A program made the position numbers and the translations under genes. Source: Haliotis cracherodii (lineage: Eukaryota). Taken from it: a DNA stretch of 64,000 bases. This document shows positions 11,162-22,446 of this stretch, in pieces (the stretch's first letter is position 1; every line of letters begins with the position of its first letter). The notes under the pieces are model-generated. The model saw only the letters and a program-made list of their open reading frames with translations. It ran no database searches and had not been told where the DNA came from. The stretch lies in assembly GCF_022045235.1 (NCBI RefSeq), contig NW_027266286.1:27156001-27220000 (forward strand), given 5' to 3'.

Positions 11162-11320
11162 ATGGCGACTATGTTTGTTGTAAGAGGCGACAAACGGCAC
11201 CGGGATCCTCACTGAGATTGTCTGGTCCAAACAGATTGCTGAGTGCGGGTTTAAACAAAAAACAAACAGATCACATTACTGGAATATTTCTGCGCGACGC
11301 TAAACAACAAACAAACGAAA
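11162..11320 (+). mobile_element. Internally deleted family B fragment plus a second tail
   Basis: TTGTAAGAGGCGACAAACGG, GATTGTCTGGTCCA, TTGCTGAGTGCGG, then a further GGAATATT...GCGACGCTAAACAAC tail. Confidence 0.6.
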
Positions 11321-11480
11321 CCTCATTAAGTTTTATACAGGTACAGCTTAGTCTGTATTTGCCAAGATGTTCTTTAACAAAGTATACAATTGCATCTTGT
11401 TTATATGTCATGATAGAAGGTCATAAAAGGGGTATATCTACGATGTATTGATGTATTGATTCGAATATAACAATTTTGTT

Positions 11481-11621
11481 AAGCGTTCGCTCGTCACGAG
11501 GAAGACCCGGGTTCGATGCCCCACATGGGTACAATGTGTGAAGACCATTTCTGGTGTCCCCCGCCGTGATATTGCTGTTATAGTGCTAAAAACGGCGTAA
11601 AACCATACTCATTCACTCACT
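11481..11621 (+). mobile_element. SINE family A, 5'-truncated
   Basis: AAGCGTTCGCTCGTCACG...CGGCGTAAAACCATACTC. Confidence 0.9.
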
Positions 11622-11837
11622 GTCATACGTTCAGCATTGAGAGTGGTCGTAACGAAACTATTAGTAGATGTTTAAGCTCTATTGAAAACAGTAAAAAAGG
11701 ACACTATCTTCGGGTTGAAATATTTTCCCAAATTAATAATTTATTATTTACTGATGTTATTTGGTTACATTAAATGCGTGCAAAACATACGCGCATATTT
11801 TAAGACAGATAAAAGAAACCACATAACATAATACATA

Positions 11838-12066
11838 AACTGTCGCGCAAAAGAAAGTATACACTTGAAAATTGGATTTGACCAAAAATGACAAACGTTG
11901 ATATTCTGAAAACAGTGGCCGAAGGGTTAGGGTTAACCTAACCTGAAACACCACAAACTTAAGGTCCAAATACAATACCGACATCAAATAAACATTTATT
12001 GTTTGTTTCAATAATTATTATAACCACCATCAAACATAGATGTATTTTTTCTTTCGCCCGGCAGAT
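11838..12066 (-). mobile_element. MITE family T
   Basis: TA-flanked TIRs AACTGTCGCGCAAAAGAAAGTATAC / TTTCTTTCGCCCGGCAGAT. Confidence 0.75.
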
Positions 12067-12739
12067 TATAAAAAAAAGGTCATTTCTCAATGTAATGGAA
12101 GGTGCTCAAGCTATATTCTGGCAATTATAATGCTATGATTTAAGATGAAGGATCTGTACGTGTCTTTTTGAACAAACTTTGACTGACTGTCTGACACAGT
12201 TTCCATGGGTTTCCGCAGTCGTTACCAAAACAGTTTTTACCAAACACCTTAGTTACAGGTTAAACGACACTGCCGTGCAATGTGTATTTAAAGACCCTCT
12301 CACAGAAACACAACACCAATAAACGGGTTAATAAAATCAAATTCCGGGCAATGACACGCATTGACCAGTCCAGCGTGCCTACCAACACGGCTACCGTGAG
12401 TCACACACCTGTTAATTTCATGGGACGCTACAGGTGGTTTAATAAGAAAACCAACACAGAGTTGAAATAGGGCGTATATAGGCAGTTACGTGTTAGATGG
12501 CCGTTGAAGGTAATATAGCGCTAATATACACCATGGTCAGTGGCGATGGTCATTATTGGGTCTGTGTAAACAGCGTGACCACTCACAGGACAGTTGACAT
12601 GTAAATATATTGAATTTTACATGTAAACTATGTGTTTTAAGACATATGTTACTGTTTTGTGTCTTATTTAATACGAGTATATACAGTGAATGTACTCAGG
12701 CAAGTATTCATGTAGTTATTTATTGCTGTAACGTGCTGC

Positions 12740-13426
12740 AGTGACATTTTCACGTAACGTTTAAGTTCTTCCTGCATGACGTTACGACGTAACGTTTCAG
12801 TTCATCTGTTTGATTTTTAGTGAGTGAGTTAGCATGTTTTTTCGCCGCTTTTAGCAATATTCAAGCAATATATTATACCCAAGTCGGGAATTGAACCCGG
12901 GTCTTTGGCGTGACGAGCGAACGCTTTAACCACCAGGCTACCCGACCGCCCCCGTATGATTTTTAACGCATCGATTCAGTTCTTCATTCATGACGTTTCG
13001 ACGTGACATTTAAGTTCTTCATGCATGACGTTTCAGTTCTTCATGCATAACGTTTGGACTCAAACTTTCAGTTCTTCATGCATAACGTTTTGACGTAAAC
13101 TTTCAGTTCGTTGTGCATGACGTTTGGACGTAAACATTTTAGTTCTTCATGCATAACGTTTTGACGTAAACTTTCAGTTCGTTGTGCATGACGTTTGGAC
13201 GTAAACTTTCAGTTCTTCATGCATAACGTTTTGACGTAAACTTTCAGTTCGTTGTGCATGACGTTTGGACGTAAACTTTCAGTTCTTCATTCATAACGTT
13301 TTGACGTAAACTTTCAGTTCGTTGTGCATAACGTTTTGACGTAAACTTTCAGTTCGTTGTGCATGACGTTTGGACGTACACTTTCAGTTCTTCATGCATA
13401 ACGTTTCAACGTACACTTTCAGTTCT
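12740..13426. repeat. 35-bp minisatellite with two alternating variants (70-bp dimer)
   Basis: AACTTTCAGTTCTTCATGCATAACGTTTTGACGTA alternates with AACTTTCAGTTCGTTGTGCATGACGTTTGGACGTA; degenerate left part carries a SINE. Confidence 0.9.
12820..12953 (-). mobile_element. SINE family A, internally deleted, inserted in the 35-bp array
   Basis: Head and tail motifs present; TSD-like GTWTGATTTTTA on both sides. Confidence 0.85.
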
Positions 13427-15427
13427 TTCATATTCTTTTCGTTCCCAACCGTTGTATAGCTGGAATAGTGATAAAACGGCGAAGAACCAATTCACTCACA
13501 CGATACCATTTTGATTCTACCAATCTGTTCTACAGCGATATCACTTAATTTCTTGACATGATATATGAGTCGAGATAAATCCAAGAATATAAATTGGGAC
13601 TTACAATTTCATTTATGAGAGAAAAAAACCCATGGAAACATAATGTCATATCTACCTTCAGGTACATAATTTGCTACAATACTTACAAAAACCCATCAAT
13701 TATAATCCTAGATTATTGCCGTTCGTTTGAAAATTTAGGTCTCCAATACTTGAATAAACGCACATACGTAAATATCATTCCTTATAGTTGCTATCTGCAC
13801 ACTTGGAGACCTCAAAATGTCTCTGTAAAACTGCCTACAGCGTGAACATTTCGGAAATATTTAATTATCAGCGCCATGGCCAGAAGGATTCTCTATCAGG
13901 GGTCAAGGTATCAAACAAGTGTGTACTTGCAGTATAGTGTTTAAGCCTAAAGGTTGCGTAACATGGCAATTGCTTCGTTTGTCGGGTATGAGATGTGATG
14001 GCGTCCAGGCACAAGGTCGCAGTGTTCCAGAAAGGCATCCTTGACGAAACATTCTACATGACGAAGTGACCTCTGATGTCGTGGTCACTACACGACACTG
14101 CGTGAACGGTTAGTCCAAACACACACCCTCCCTATAAAGAGCTTGCTAATTTTACATAATTATTTGCCGTGTGATCATATAAAGTTTAATTAGCGTGGAC
14201 GAACGCGACTGGAGGAAGAATGCCTCATTGTCGTACACCACTGTGGAACAAAGCTTCCCTTCTTCGCTCGCGAATATCGAATGTCGAGTCGGGTGGTCAA
14301 GCGTTCTAAGACACGATTTTCGAATTATGGGGGTGCACGTTCATTAAGGGGAGACAGTGGGCCCAGTTTTGTTACTCGACGGTCTGAAGAGGGCACTTGA
14401 AAATAGCAACAGAGGAAATTATGCGTGTGATGGCTTCTATTGAACCTCGGTGTGTTGTCCCGGTTCGCCTTCTGTTTGCTCGGCATTGAAGAACGCTGGC
14501 CAGGGTGACGAACAAACTGCCGTCTGTCCTGCTAATAAAATGACCGAGCACAGTCCACGGACATGACAAGGGTCAGTTTTTATTTTCATAGTGAAATGTA
14601 TCCGTAAATGTCAAACACTAGAGACGCTACACTACGGGATACAGGTGGGAGCAGTTAATTACGATCGGATTAAATCTTTTGTACATGTTCTTGTAACAAG
14701 CCCAGGTTGGGATCAGAATGTCCAAATCTTTGAAGACGTCGTGGCCAGATGAAACATCGCCATTGGCCACCATGGCTTTGTTTCAACACAAAGCTTTTTT
14801 ATGAAATGTTCACGTCGTTGGCACATGCCTCAAAGTAACCGCCAAGCTAGAAAGTAAACATAGCAAATAATAAACGATTTGGATAATGGGGTTTTCTGCT
14901 GTTGGTGGCGGTATTGACCGTAGATTGAAAGCCTTGAATTGTCGGCGGTCAGCACTTTGAGATGACGAGTGATATCACTGTTATTTAAAAACGCACTTGA
15001 GGCCTATTGCAATATCAAATAAAGTGGGAACGTTCTATGTTCGTGTACAGAGTGGTATTTATACCTTTGGAATTAGTCTACCAGCTTTATTTGCTTAGCC
15101 GCTTCAGAAGTAATATCTGGCTCTAGAATGCTAACTTATTCACACGTCGGTACACACTATTGTTGACTGGTGTTTATTAAGTGCCCGTCAGATGAAGACA
15201 CAGTAATAACATGCGGCATTATTGAACGGTGTAAACTTGTGGAGGGTGCATATAGGCATACATGGCATCAACTACAGCTCTACTACAGATCTACTACAGA
15301 TGCATGTATGCGTGAAGAGATTGTTTGTGGTATGACAATGCAGTGGAGGGACACATGAGTAATGTGAAGCTGAGTGGAACATTAAATATAATATATTCCA
15401 GTTATTGCGATTTTGTACGGGTCTATA

Positions 15428-15457
15428 CACGGACCTAAATAATTATTTAGGTCCGTG
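15428..15457. repeat. Perfect 30-bp palindrome
   Basis: CACGGACCTAAATAA|TTATTTAGGTCCGTG. Confidence 0.95.
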
Positions 15458-15485
15458 GTATATATTCAAACGTATATAAGTATAG

Positions 15486-15645
15486 TGAGTGAGTGTGGTT
15501 TTACGCCGCTGTTAGCAATATTCCAGCACTATCACGGCGGGGGACACCAGAAATGGGCCTCACATATAATACCCATGTGGGGAATCGAACATGTGTCTTT
15601 GGCGTGACGAGCGAACGCTTTAACCACTGGGCTACCCGACCGCCC
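15486..15645 (-). mobile_element. SINE family A, full length
   Basis: Complete head, body and tail; TSD TATWAGTATAG at 15475-15485 and 15646-15656. Confidence 0.92.
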
Positions 15646-15799
15646 TATTAGTATAGAGTACATTCTGTCACTGCACTACGTATATAGTAATATATAAGTA
15701 TTAGATGGGTAGATCAATCAGTCGTACTTAATCATACTTAATCACAGTATCCTATGACGTATATTTATATTCATAAATACAGACAAATGCACATGGAAA

Positions 15800-16020
15800 T
15801 GAGTGAGTGAGTGAGTTGATTGGGCTTAACGTCGCTCTGAACAGTATTGGAGTTTTTCACATTGTGTCAGTTTGATGTGGGAGTCAAGCTCAAAGCAGTG
15901 CATGCCTCGACGTTTACCACTTTGGTGAAACCTACGAACCCACGTGTGAGTATGACGAACCTAGAAACATAATGAGGGTGACCCGGGATTCGAACTCACA
16001 AGAACCGGTTTCTGGCACAA
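15800..16020 (-). mobile_element. SINE family D, diverged and 5'-truncated
   Basis: CGTTTACCACTTTGGTGAAACC, CCTAGAAACATAAT and CCGGGATTCGAAC shared with the 20409 copy. Confidence 0.7.
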
Positions 16021-16218
16021 CTAATGGAGAGGACCTTTTTGATTTTTCGAACAATTTCACTATACGAAACATAAAAAATAGCAATGGTTTTGGAATAATT
16101 ATCACAGAAATTTATTTTTTTTAAATGGAAATAATTCAGGAAAAGATTTGTGCTTTTTAATTGTTATTTTTGTTGCTACTAAATTATTTACTTTTTATAC
16201 GTCAACATGATGAGTATT

Positions 16219-16343
16219 AAGTCTTTGAATGGCAATTAGACGTGATACACGTAAGAGAGAGTATTTATAGATGGCAAATTAATTTGTAGAACACAACGTT
16301 TCGGAGTATATGCTTACTTCTTCATCGACCACATGAAGAAGTA
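16219..16343 (-). mobile_element. Penelope-like pLTR remnant with degenerate hammerhead-like motif
   Basis: Reverse complement GATGAAGAAGTAAGCATATACTCCGAAACGTTGTGTTC...TTCAAAGACT aligns with 18278-18389; ends in a short inversion TACTTCTTCAT / ATGAAGAAGTA. Confidence 0.6.
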
Positions 16344-17037
16344 TGTGGACTAGTTCCGCGCAAAATGTCTGACTGGCAAATTGGATTCAAGCCGATTAAA
16401 TAAAATCATATATCTGCTACGCTAAATTTCGTAAGTTACATAAATCTAATTTCTCAATGTCATACGGGACATTCATTAAAACGTCTACACCTAAACAGTA
16501 AGTGGGTACTAGAAAGTGGATATGGTCGTCCTTTAAGGATCAACGTTGTCGTTACGAGATCCCATGACCCACATGTTCTGACACAATTCCTGAAACAGAT
16601 GCAGCTTGTCCTGCTTGGATCTACCCAACAGCCGAGGCACGTTAAGCGTTTGTATCGAAATGTGTGCACGTTAAGATTATCTCGATCCCCCGAAAAGCCC
16701 GGATAGCTATAAACATGGCCGTATTCCACTCGTGAAGGTTGACTCTTCCGCTACCGGTGTTAAGAACAAGGATGTTTCACTGGCGAGCAGTCGAGCAGAC
16801 GATCAGACCCGGCGACCCTACCTGGCCCTGTCGTCTGCTCGGATAATTAGCGGGAAATTTGATGTCAGAGAGCAAGGTCAACGCGTGCATTTCAGCAAAG
16901 CAACATTGTACAAGTGTACTTGACTGAATTGCACAAGAAGCTACTAGAAAGGTCGTTTGTTTGATGCCGTGATTAGGATTTTTGTCGAACCAAAGTATAT
17001 TGTTAAATTGTCTTGACTTTTCATATTACGGAACAAA

Positions 17038-17445
17038 AACTGCCGGCAAAAGAAATTAAACACTTGCAAACTGGATTTGACCCCCCCAAAAATACAAACG
17101 TTATCAAAACGTTACTAGGTTAAACACAGACGCCGAAACACTGCAAACTGAACTCCCAAAACACAACTATGATACAGTAGACTGCGATTATAAGGAACTC
17201 GAGGGGGCCACTAATTTTAGTTCGTAATAACCGTAGTTCGTTATAAGCATACATACAGCATATATACAACAAATGGTCTGGACTACAAATAAGTTCGTTA
17301 AATCCGTCAGTTCGTTATAAGCGTGTTCGTTATAAACGTAGTTCACTGTACCTGTATCAAATGCATCACTGAATAACCATTTCGTGTTTGTTTCATTTTT
17401 AGCCACCACCAAACATGGGTGCATACTTTGTTTTACCTAGCAGTT
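17038..17445 (-). mobile_element. MITE family T containing a nested Tigger-like MITE
   Basis: AACTGCCGGCAAAAGAAA...CTAGCAGTT termini; body collinear with other T copies once 17175-17350 is removed. Confidence 0.75.
17175..17348. mobile_element. pogo/Tigger-like MITE
   Basis: TA TSD; imperfect TIRs CAGTAGACTGCGATTATAAGGAAC / GTTCGTTATAAACGTAGTTCACTG; internal GTTCGTTA repeats. Confidence 0.8.
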
Positions 17446-17459
17446 TACATGTTATCAAA

Positions 17460-17702
17460 GACCAGTGAAGATTCGGGTTAGAATTGGTCTTCAGCAACCC
17501 ATGCTTGTCGTAAGAGACGACTATCGGGATCGGGTGGTCAGGCTCGCTGTCTTGGTTGATGCATGTCATCGCATCCAAAATGCATGGATCGATGCTCATG
17601 ATGTCAATCACTGGATTGTCTTGTCTAGATTCTATTATTTACAGACCGCCGTCATATAGCTGTAATATAGCTGAGTGCGGCGTTAAACAACAAACAAACA
17701 AA
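17460..17702 (+). mobile_element. Family B, full length, single head-motif variant
   Basis: Starts GACCAGTGAAGATTCGGGTTAG; 12-bp TSD ACATGTTATCAA at 17447-17458 and 17703-17714. Confidence 0.92.
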
Positions 17703-18217
17703 ACATGTTATCAATACGCAAAATACAACTTAGATGCGGAAGTGTGTATATTTTGTTTAAACCGCATTTAGCAAATTGGCAACAAATACCATGGAGGTGA
17801 CTGCTGGATTCACATCGTACTGTTAGGATACAAACCCGCTCTTCGGCGTGACGAGCAAACGGTTGAACCACTGGCCTATCCAAGTTTATGCAAGTTTAAT
17901 TTGATAAATATGGAACGTCAACACCAGAGAATACCCAGTCGCGATTATCCGACGAAACAGATTCCATTCGGCGTAAATGGCAAAATGGCGGAGAAATTTC
18001 TATGAAAGAAAACTAGAAACCAGTGATGACACCAGGTGTTCGCGAAAAGGTTAAACATCCGGTTGAACTGACACCATCACTCCAGAACCGTACAGTATGC
18101 CGTCAGAACGCTGTACAACTTACTACATAAATATCATTTCTGAAAATTTCAATTCTGAAAATCATTTAATAGTGACGGACATCGTAAAGACCCTTGCAAA
18201 GTTAAAGAAGATAATTC

Positions 18218-18389
18218 ACACAACGTTTCGGAGTATATGCTTACTCCTTCATCAGGTCCATGGTATTTGCTTCATCTGATGAAGGAGTAAGCATATCCTC
18301 CGAAACGTTGTGTTCCTCATAATGAAGAACTTGGCATCCATAAATTCTCCTCCTTATGTGTATCACTTCTAATGTCTTTCAAAGACCTT
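18218..18389 (+). mobile_element. Penelope-like pLTR remnant with inverted duplication of a hammerhead-like motif
   Basis: 38-bp inverted arms (18218-18255 / 18276-18313, 1 mismatch); CTGATGA-A-GGAGTA-AGCATA-TMCTCC-GAAACGTT. Confidence 0.65.
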
Positions 18390-19062
18390 ACAAAATTGAT
18401 CTACTGAGAAAACTACTTATTGAGGAAGGACCAAGTGAAACCCAGAAGCGTCGACGCCATTTCGGCTGTAAAGGCAAATCTGTCACGATCATATGCCGTG
18501 ATGTATACTCCAAAGCCGGCTTTAGAGGAAATGGGAATTAATCATCATAATATTTAGGTAACAGTACCCCTACTAAGGGGAAGATATGACAACGGTATGG
18601 ATTGACAATTACGACCAAGGAATTGATGGATGCTGATAAATTGCCATTCGGGAAGTCTTGAGATGCTTGACAGTCCCACTGACTTCGTTGCACGGACTGG
18701 GGGTATCAGTCAATAGTGTTCTCGTGAGATGAAACAGATTTACTTTATTTCAGAACACGGCCAGGACAGTGATAGCTTTTCCTTCATCTCTGTCATCGAG
18801 CTGCCAATCAAAGTCTTCGGTTTAGTCGGTCAAGGGATCTTGTCATCATAAACATACTCATAAAACAACAGCTCTCGTGACATCAAGCAAATACAATGAA
18901 TAAAACATGAGAACGTCTTGCTCAATACAACTCATGTGATAAAGTGTAAAGCTAGTGTGATTAAGGGTTTGTGATAATGGTTATAACTTTGAGTGGGAGC
19001 GAGTTGGGATTGGAGCGGTAATGCGGTTATATAACTGCGTATTTACCACTTGGTGGTCGTTG

Positions 19063-19349
19063 AACTGCTGGGCAAAACAAAGATTACACCAATTATTTTG
19101 GTTTTTTTATTTATTTTTTTGGTTATTATTTTTTGGGATTACGACCATTTTTTTACGTTGGCTAAACATGAAAGAAACAAGAAATGGTTATTCGATGGTG
19201 ATGTATTTCAGAGGGGTATCATTTTTTTCGTTTTCGACCTTACGTTTGCAGTGTTTCGGCGACCGTTTCAGCCTAGTAACGTTTTGACAACGTTTGTAAT
19301 TTTTTGTCAGATCGAGTTTCAAGTGTATACGTTCTTTTGCCTGGCTGTT
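19063..19349 (+). mobile_element. MITE family T with T-rich expansion
   Basis: AACTGCTGGGCAAAACAAAG / GTGTATACGTTCTTTTGCCTGGCTGTT termini; shared body. Confidence 0.75.
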
Positions 19350-20081
19350 TAGGGCACTGGTGTTGTTCTTGTAAACAAAGGTAAAAATGATAAATTAAAG
19401 TTGAGATATATTAAAGTTCATAATCTTGATGTATTTGTTTTGCGAAGCAATTCGGATAACCTCAGATTTCATCACTTTGAAGATACACAAACGTGTCACA
19501 AATGCTTTTCTGACTATCAGGTAATAAAATCCGGTTTAGTTTTCGCTAGAAGGACCAAACAAGATATAAATCAATATGCCTTGATGTCTGATCTTCGGAG
19601 GTCATAATTGCGTGTTTTGAACGTTCATGTGTCACTCACCTGTCATTTCAAACGGCCATCTTGGACCGACCTGTGACTCGAGCACAGGTGTGGAACACGG
19701 GCAGGGGGTACTCGTCACAGTGATGTCTGCCGACCTGTCCGTCTACAGCCTGTGTTGTGAAATTAAGGAATTTTCTTTCATCCCGCGAATGGTTTTATGA
19801 CTTACATAAATCATATTTCTTTCCCGAGGTATGTGGTACGACTCAGCATTATGAAACGGAATCATTAATTTCTTTGAATTGTTTATGAGGTTTTACGACA
19901 ATGATTACAGGAAATGTGTTTGTCATGCATAATGTTCGTGTCAGACGTATTAATAAACTTATCAAAGTTTAAAATATAAGGATTTTTTAATAGTAAAAGG
20001 TTACCCATGCCAGTCTTCCTTTAGACAAGGGTTAAAGGATTAGAACCAAGGATGACATGACTGGGGGGCTTCAGATACTTT

Positions 20082-20253
20082 TGGGTCGGTGGGGTAGCCC
20101 TGTTGTCAAAGCGTTCGCTCGTCACGCCGAAGACCCGGGTTCGATTCCCCACACTCGTACACTGTGTGAAGCTCATTTCTGGTGTCCCCCGCCGTGATAT
20201 TGCTTGAATATTGCTAAAAGCGACATAAAACCATATAAAACCATACTCACTCA
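20082..20253 (+). mobile_element. SINE family A, full length
   Basis: GGGTCGGTGGGGTAGCC...GGTTCGATTCCCC...CATACTCACTCA. Confidence 0.9.
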
Positions 20254-20408
20254 CAGAGGTTTAAGGTGATAATCGAGAAATGTGTGTAGCCGGACTGTCT
20301 ATTAACGGCCAAATTTTCCGACATGACATTAGTTTGGGCGTCACTTCCAGTACCTTTAAATAATAAACGTCCAAGGAAGAGAATCTGTGGATGACAACTT
20401 TTTTATTA

Positions 20409-20678
20409 TGAGTGAGTTGGGTTTAGCGCCGCTTTTAACAGTATCAAAGTTTTATCACGGCGTGTAAGCTTAATGTGGGAGGAAAGCCCGAAGTGATGCA
20501 GGTCTCAGACGTTTACCACTTCGGTGAAACCCACCGGTATGGTGCTGACAAACATAGAAACATAATCGGGGCGAACCGGGATTCGAACCCACAATCATAG
20601 GTTTCTGGCGTGCCCAAGGGATGCAACTCTGCACAGCGAATCGCGGCGCCTATGACGACTGGGCCACCCGTGCCCCCC
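20409..20678 (-). mobile_element. SINE family D, full length
   Basis: Minus strand: GGGGCACGGGTGGCCCAGTCGTCATAGGCGC head, GGTTCGAATCCC B box, shared 3' module, (ACTC)n tail. Confidence 0.88.
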
Positions 20679-21472
20679 TGAACATTTTCATCCTTAAATA
20701 ACTAATTAGATACAGACTGTGTTACACTATATACACCCATATACGGATATGGGTAGGCGTCAGACCGACCCCGGGAGAACTTCTCTTAGCAACTTTTTTA
20801 ACTGCTTCTTTAAATTTTAAACGTTTTTGTTTAACGGTGTGCATGTGAAAGAATGTATATGATATTTGTCTAACATTTTAACCGTTTCCGTCGTGGCGTT
20901 TAACTCAGCCCGCCGCTCTACCACCGGATGTACACAGGGAAGGTAGTGAGCATGCGCGGAAAGTTTCCGTTTGTGATTGGCGTGTGAAAAAACCTGCTAC
21001 CCGACACATTAACTTCTGATGGGATAGTCAGTGGGAAGTAAATACCTCAACAAAACCAAATAGAAAAAAATATTTATGTTAAAGTGAAATATTATACAAC
21101 ATTTTCTCTCTTTTCGTGGATATTAACAGAATGGTTTGGTCTGAGTGGCTCTTTTTCTCAAAGGCGCAAACTATCCAAATGACAACATTCTATTTACCAA
21201 GACGTGAAGTCTATTCGCGTCTGACACGCAATGTTATTAGCGGCATCAACTTCCAGTTTAAGAGGGGATCAATGCCAGGCGTCTGCCCCACAGATGCCTG
21301 TTTACTGCAGTGTCTACTCCCAGAGAGGATGTAAAAATCAACTTATGGTGTACCTTATGCCTTAGCTCTCATTACATTGTCTCCAAGACCCTAAACTAAC
21401 ATCTAGTCTCTGATTTGTAAATATTTTACTGAAAATCAGTTGCTAAATCATCTTAATAAAGTGTAATACAAA

Positions 21473-21686
21473 GGAGCCCCGAGACGTTTCCAGACTTGCC
21501 AACTATTATAGTCACATGGGATGTATTGGCCACTAAATTGGCCACTAATGGCTCTAAATGACAGGCTGCCGCTCCCCAGACCCTAGAGAATAAATTGAAA
21601 AAAGGAATCCAACTCAAGTCTAGAAGGCTTTGGCAAGTCTAGATTGCCACAGGTCTAGGCTGAAATTAAGCATGGTTCTGGGCTCC
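21473..21686. mobile_element. Non-autonomous TIR element (GGAGCCC...GGGCTCC); related fragments near 41890-41946 and 52020-52130
   Basis: Terminal IR plus internal AGACTTGCCAA / TTGGCAAGTCT IR; segments recur elsewhere in the window. Confidence 0.55.
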
Positions 21687-21904
21687 ATTTGAATTTTACT
21701 TTATATTATGTATATATATATAACATTATTTCTGTTTTATGTTAATTTTCTCGTTACGTTAGTCTATTTTTTCATTGTTTAGTTCTGTCCTGCTTACAGT
21801 CGAAGCCTGTGAGAGTCACAGAGACAGCAGGTCAAGTTTTACCAGATTGTATAATTTCAAGGGATTACAATATATTTGTGATACAAAATATTTTCCACCT
21901 ATAT

Positions 21905-22092
21905 CGGCGTCATGGAAATAATCGAGTTTGGATCAGACAAGCCAGACTTTGATGTCATGAGCAACGGTCCACGCCGTGAGGGTACGATGACACACAATCA
22001 ACCAAGTCACCGCGCCGGACTATTCGACCAATGTTGTTGTCTCTAAAGATAAGCAAGGCTACTTGGGACCAAGGCTAACACGGACCCTACGG
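21905..22092 (-). mobile_element. Old family B copy
   Basis: AAATAATCGAGTTTGGATCAGACAA and ATCAACCAAGTCA match the family B reverse complement. Confidence 0.6.
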
Positions 22093-22446
22093 GGGAATAA
22101 ACCCATAAATGAACGACATAAATGGTGTAAGTTCAGCATATATTTTTAGACCTTATCTAAATATTTATATATGTGTTCCTACACCGTTAGTTTGATAACA
22201 GAGAACTGCTTCATATGGTAAATATTAAAATTAACTTAGAGACAATCATTATACAGCGTGTGTGTGTGCAGTGGAGGTAGACAAATAAATTGTCCCCGAA
22301 ATAAAGTTATGTATAAGTTTAAATAAAATAATAATATTCAATAAAGGAACCATCGAGTTTTAAGGAACCCTCGGGTCTTTTAACATCAGAGCTGAAAGGG
22401 GGATGGATATAGGCTGCCAGAGCTGAGCGGGACTTTTTATCAAATA

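Noticed and set aside
16460-16729. Possible LINE RT fragment (TFRY...LGCWV resembling FKYLGSW)
   Set aside because: Only one weak motif; not enough to call.
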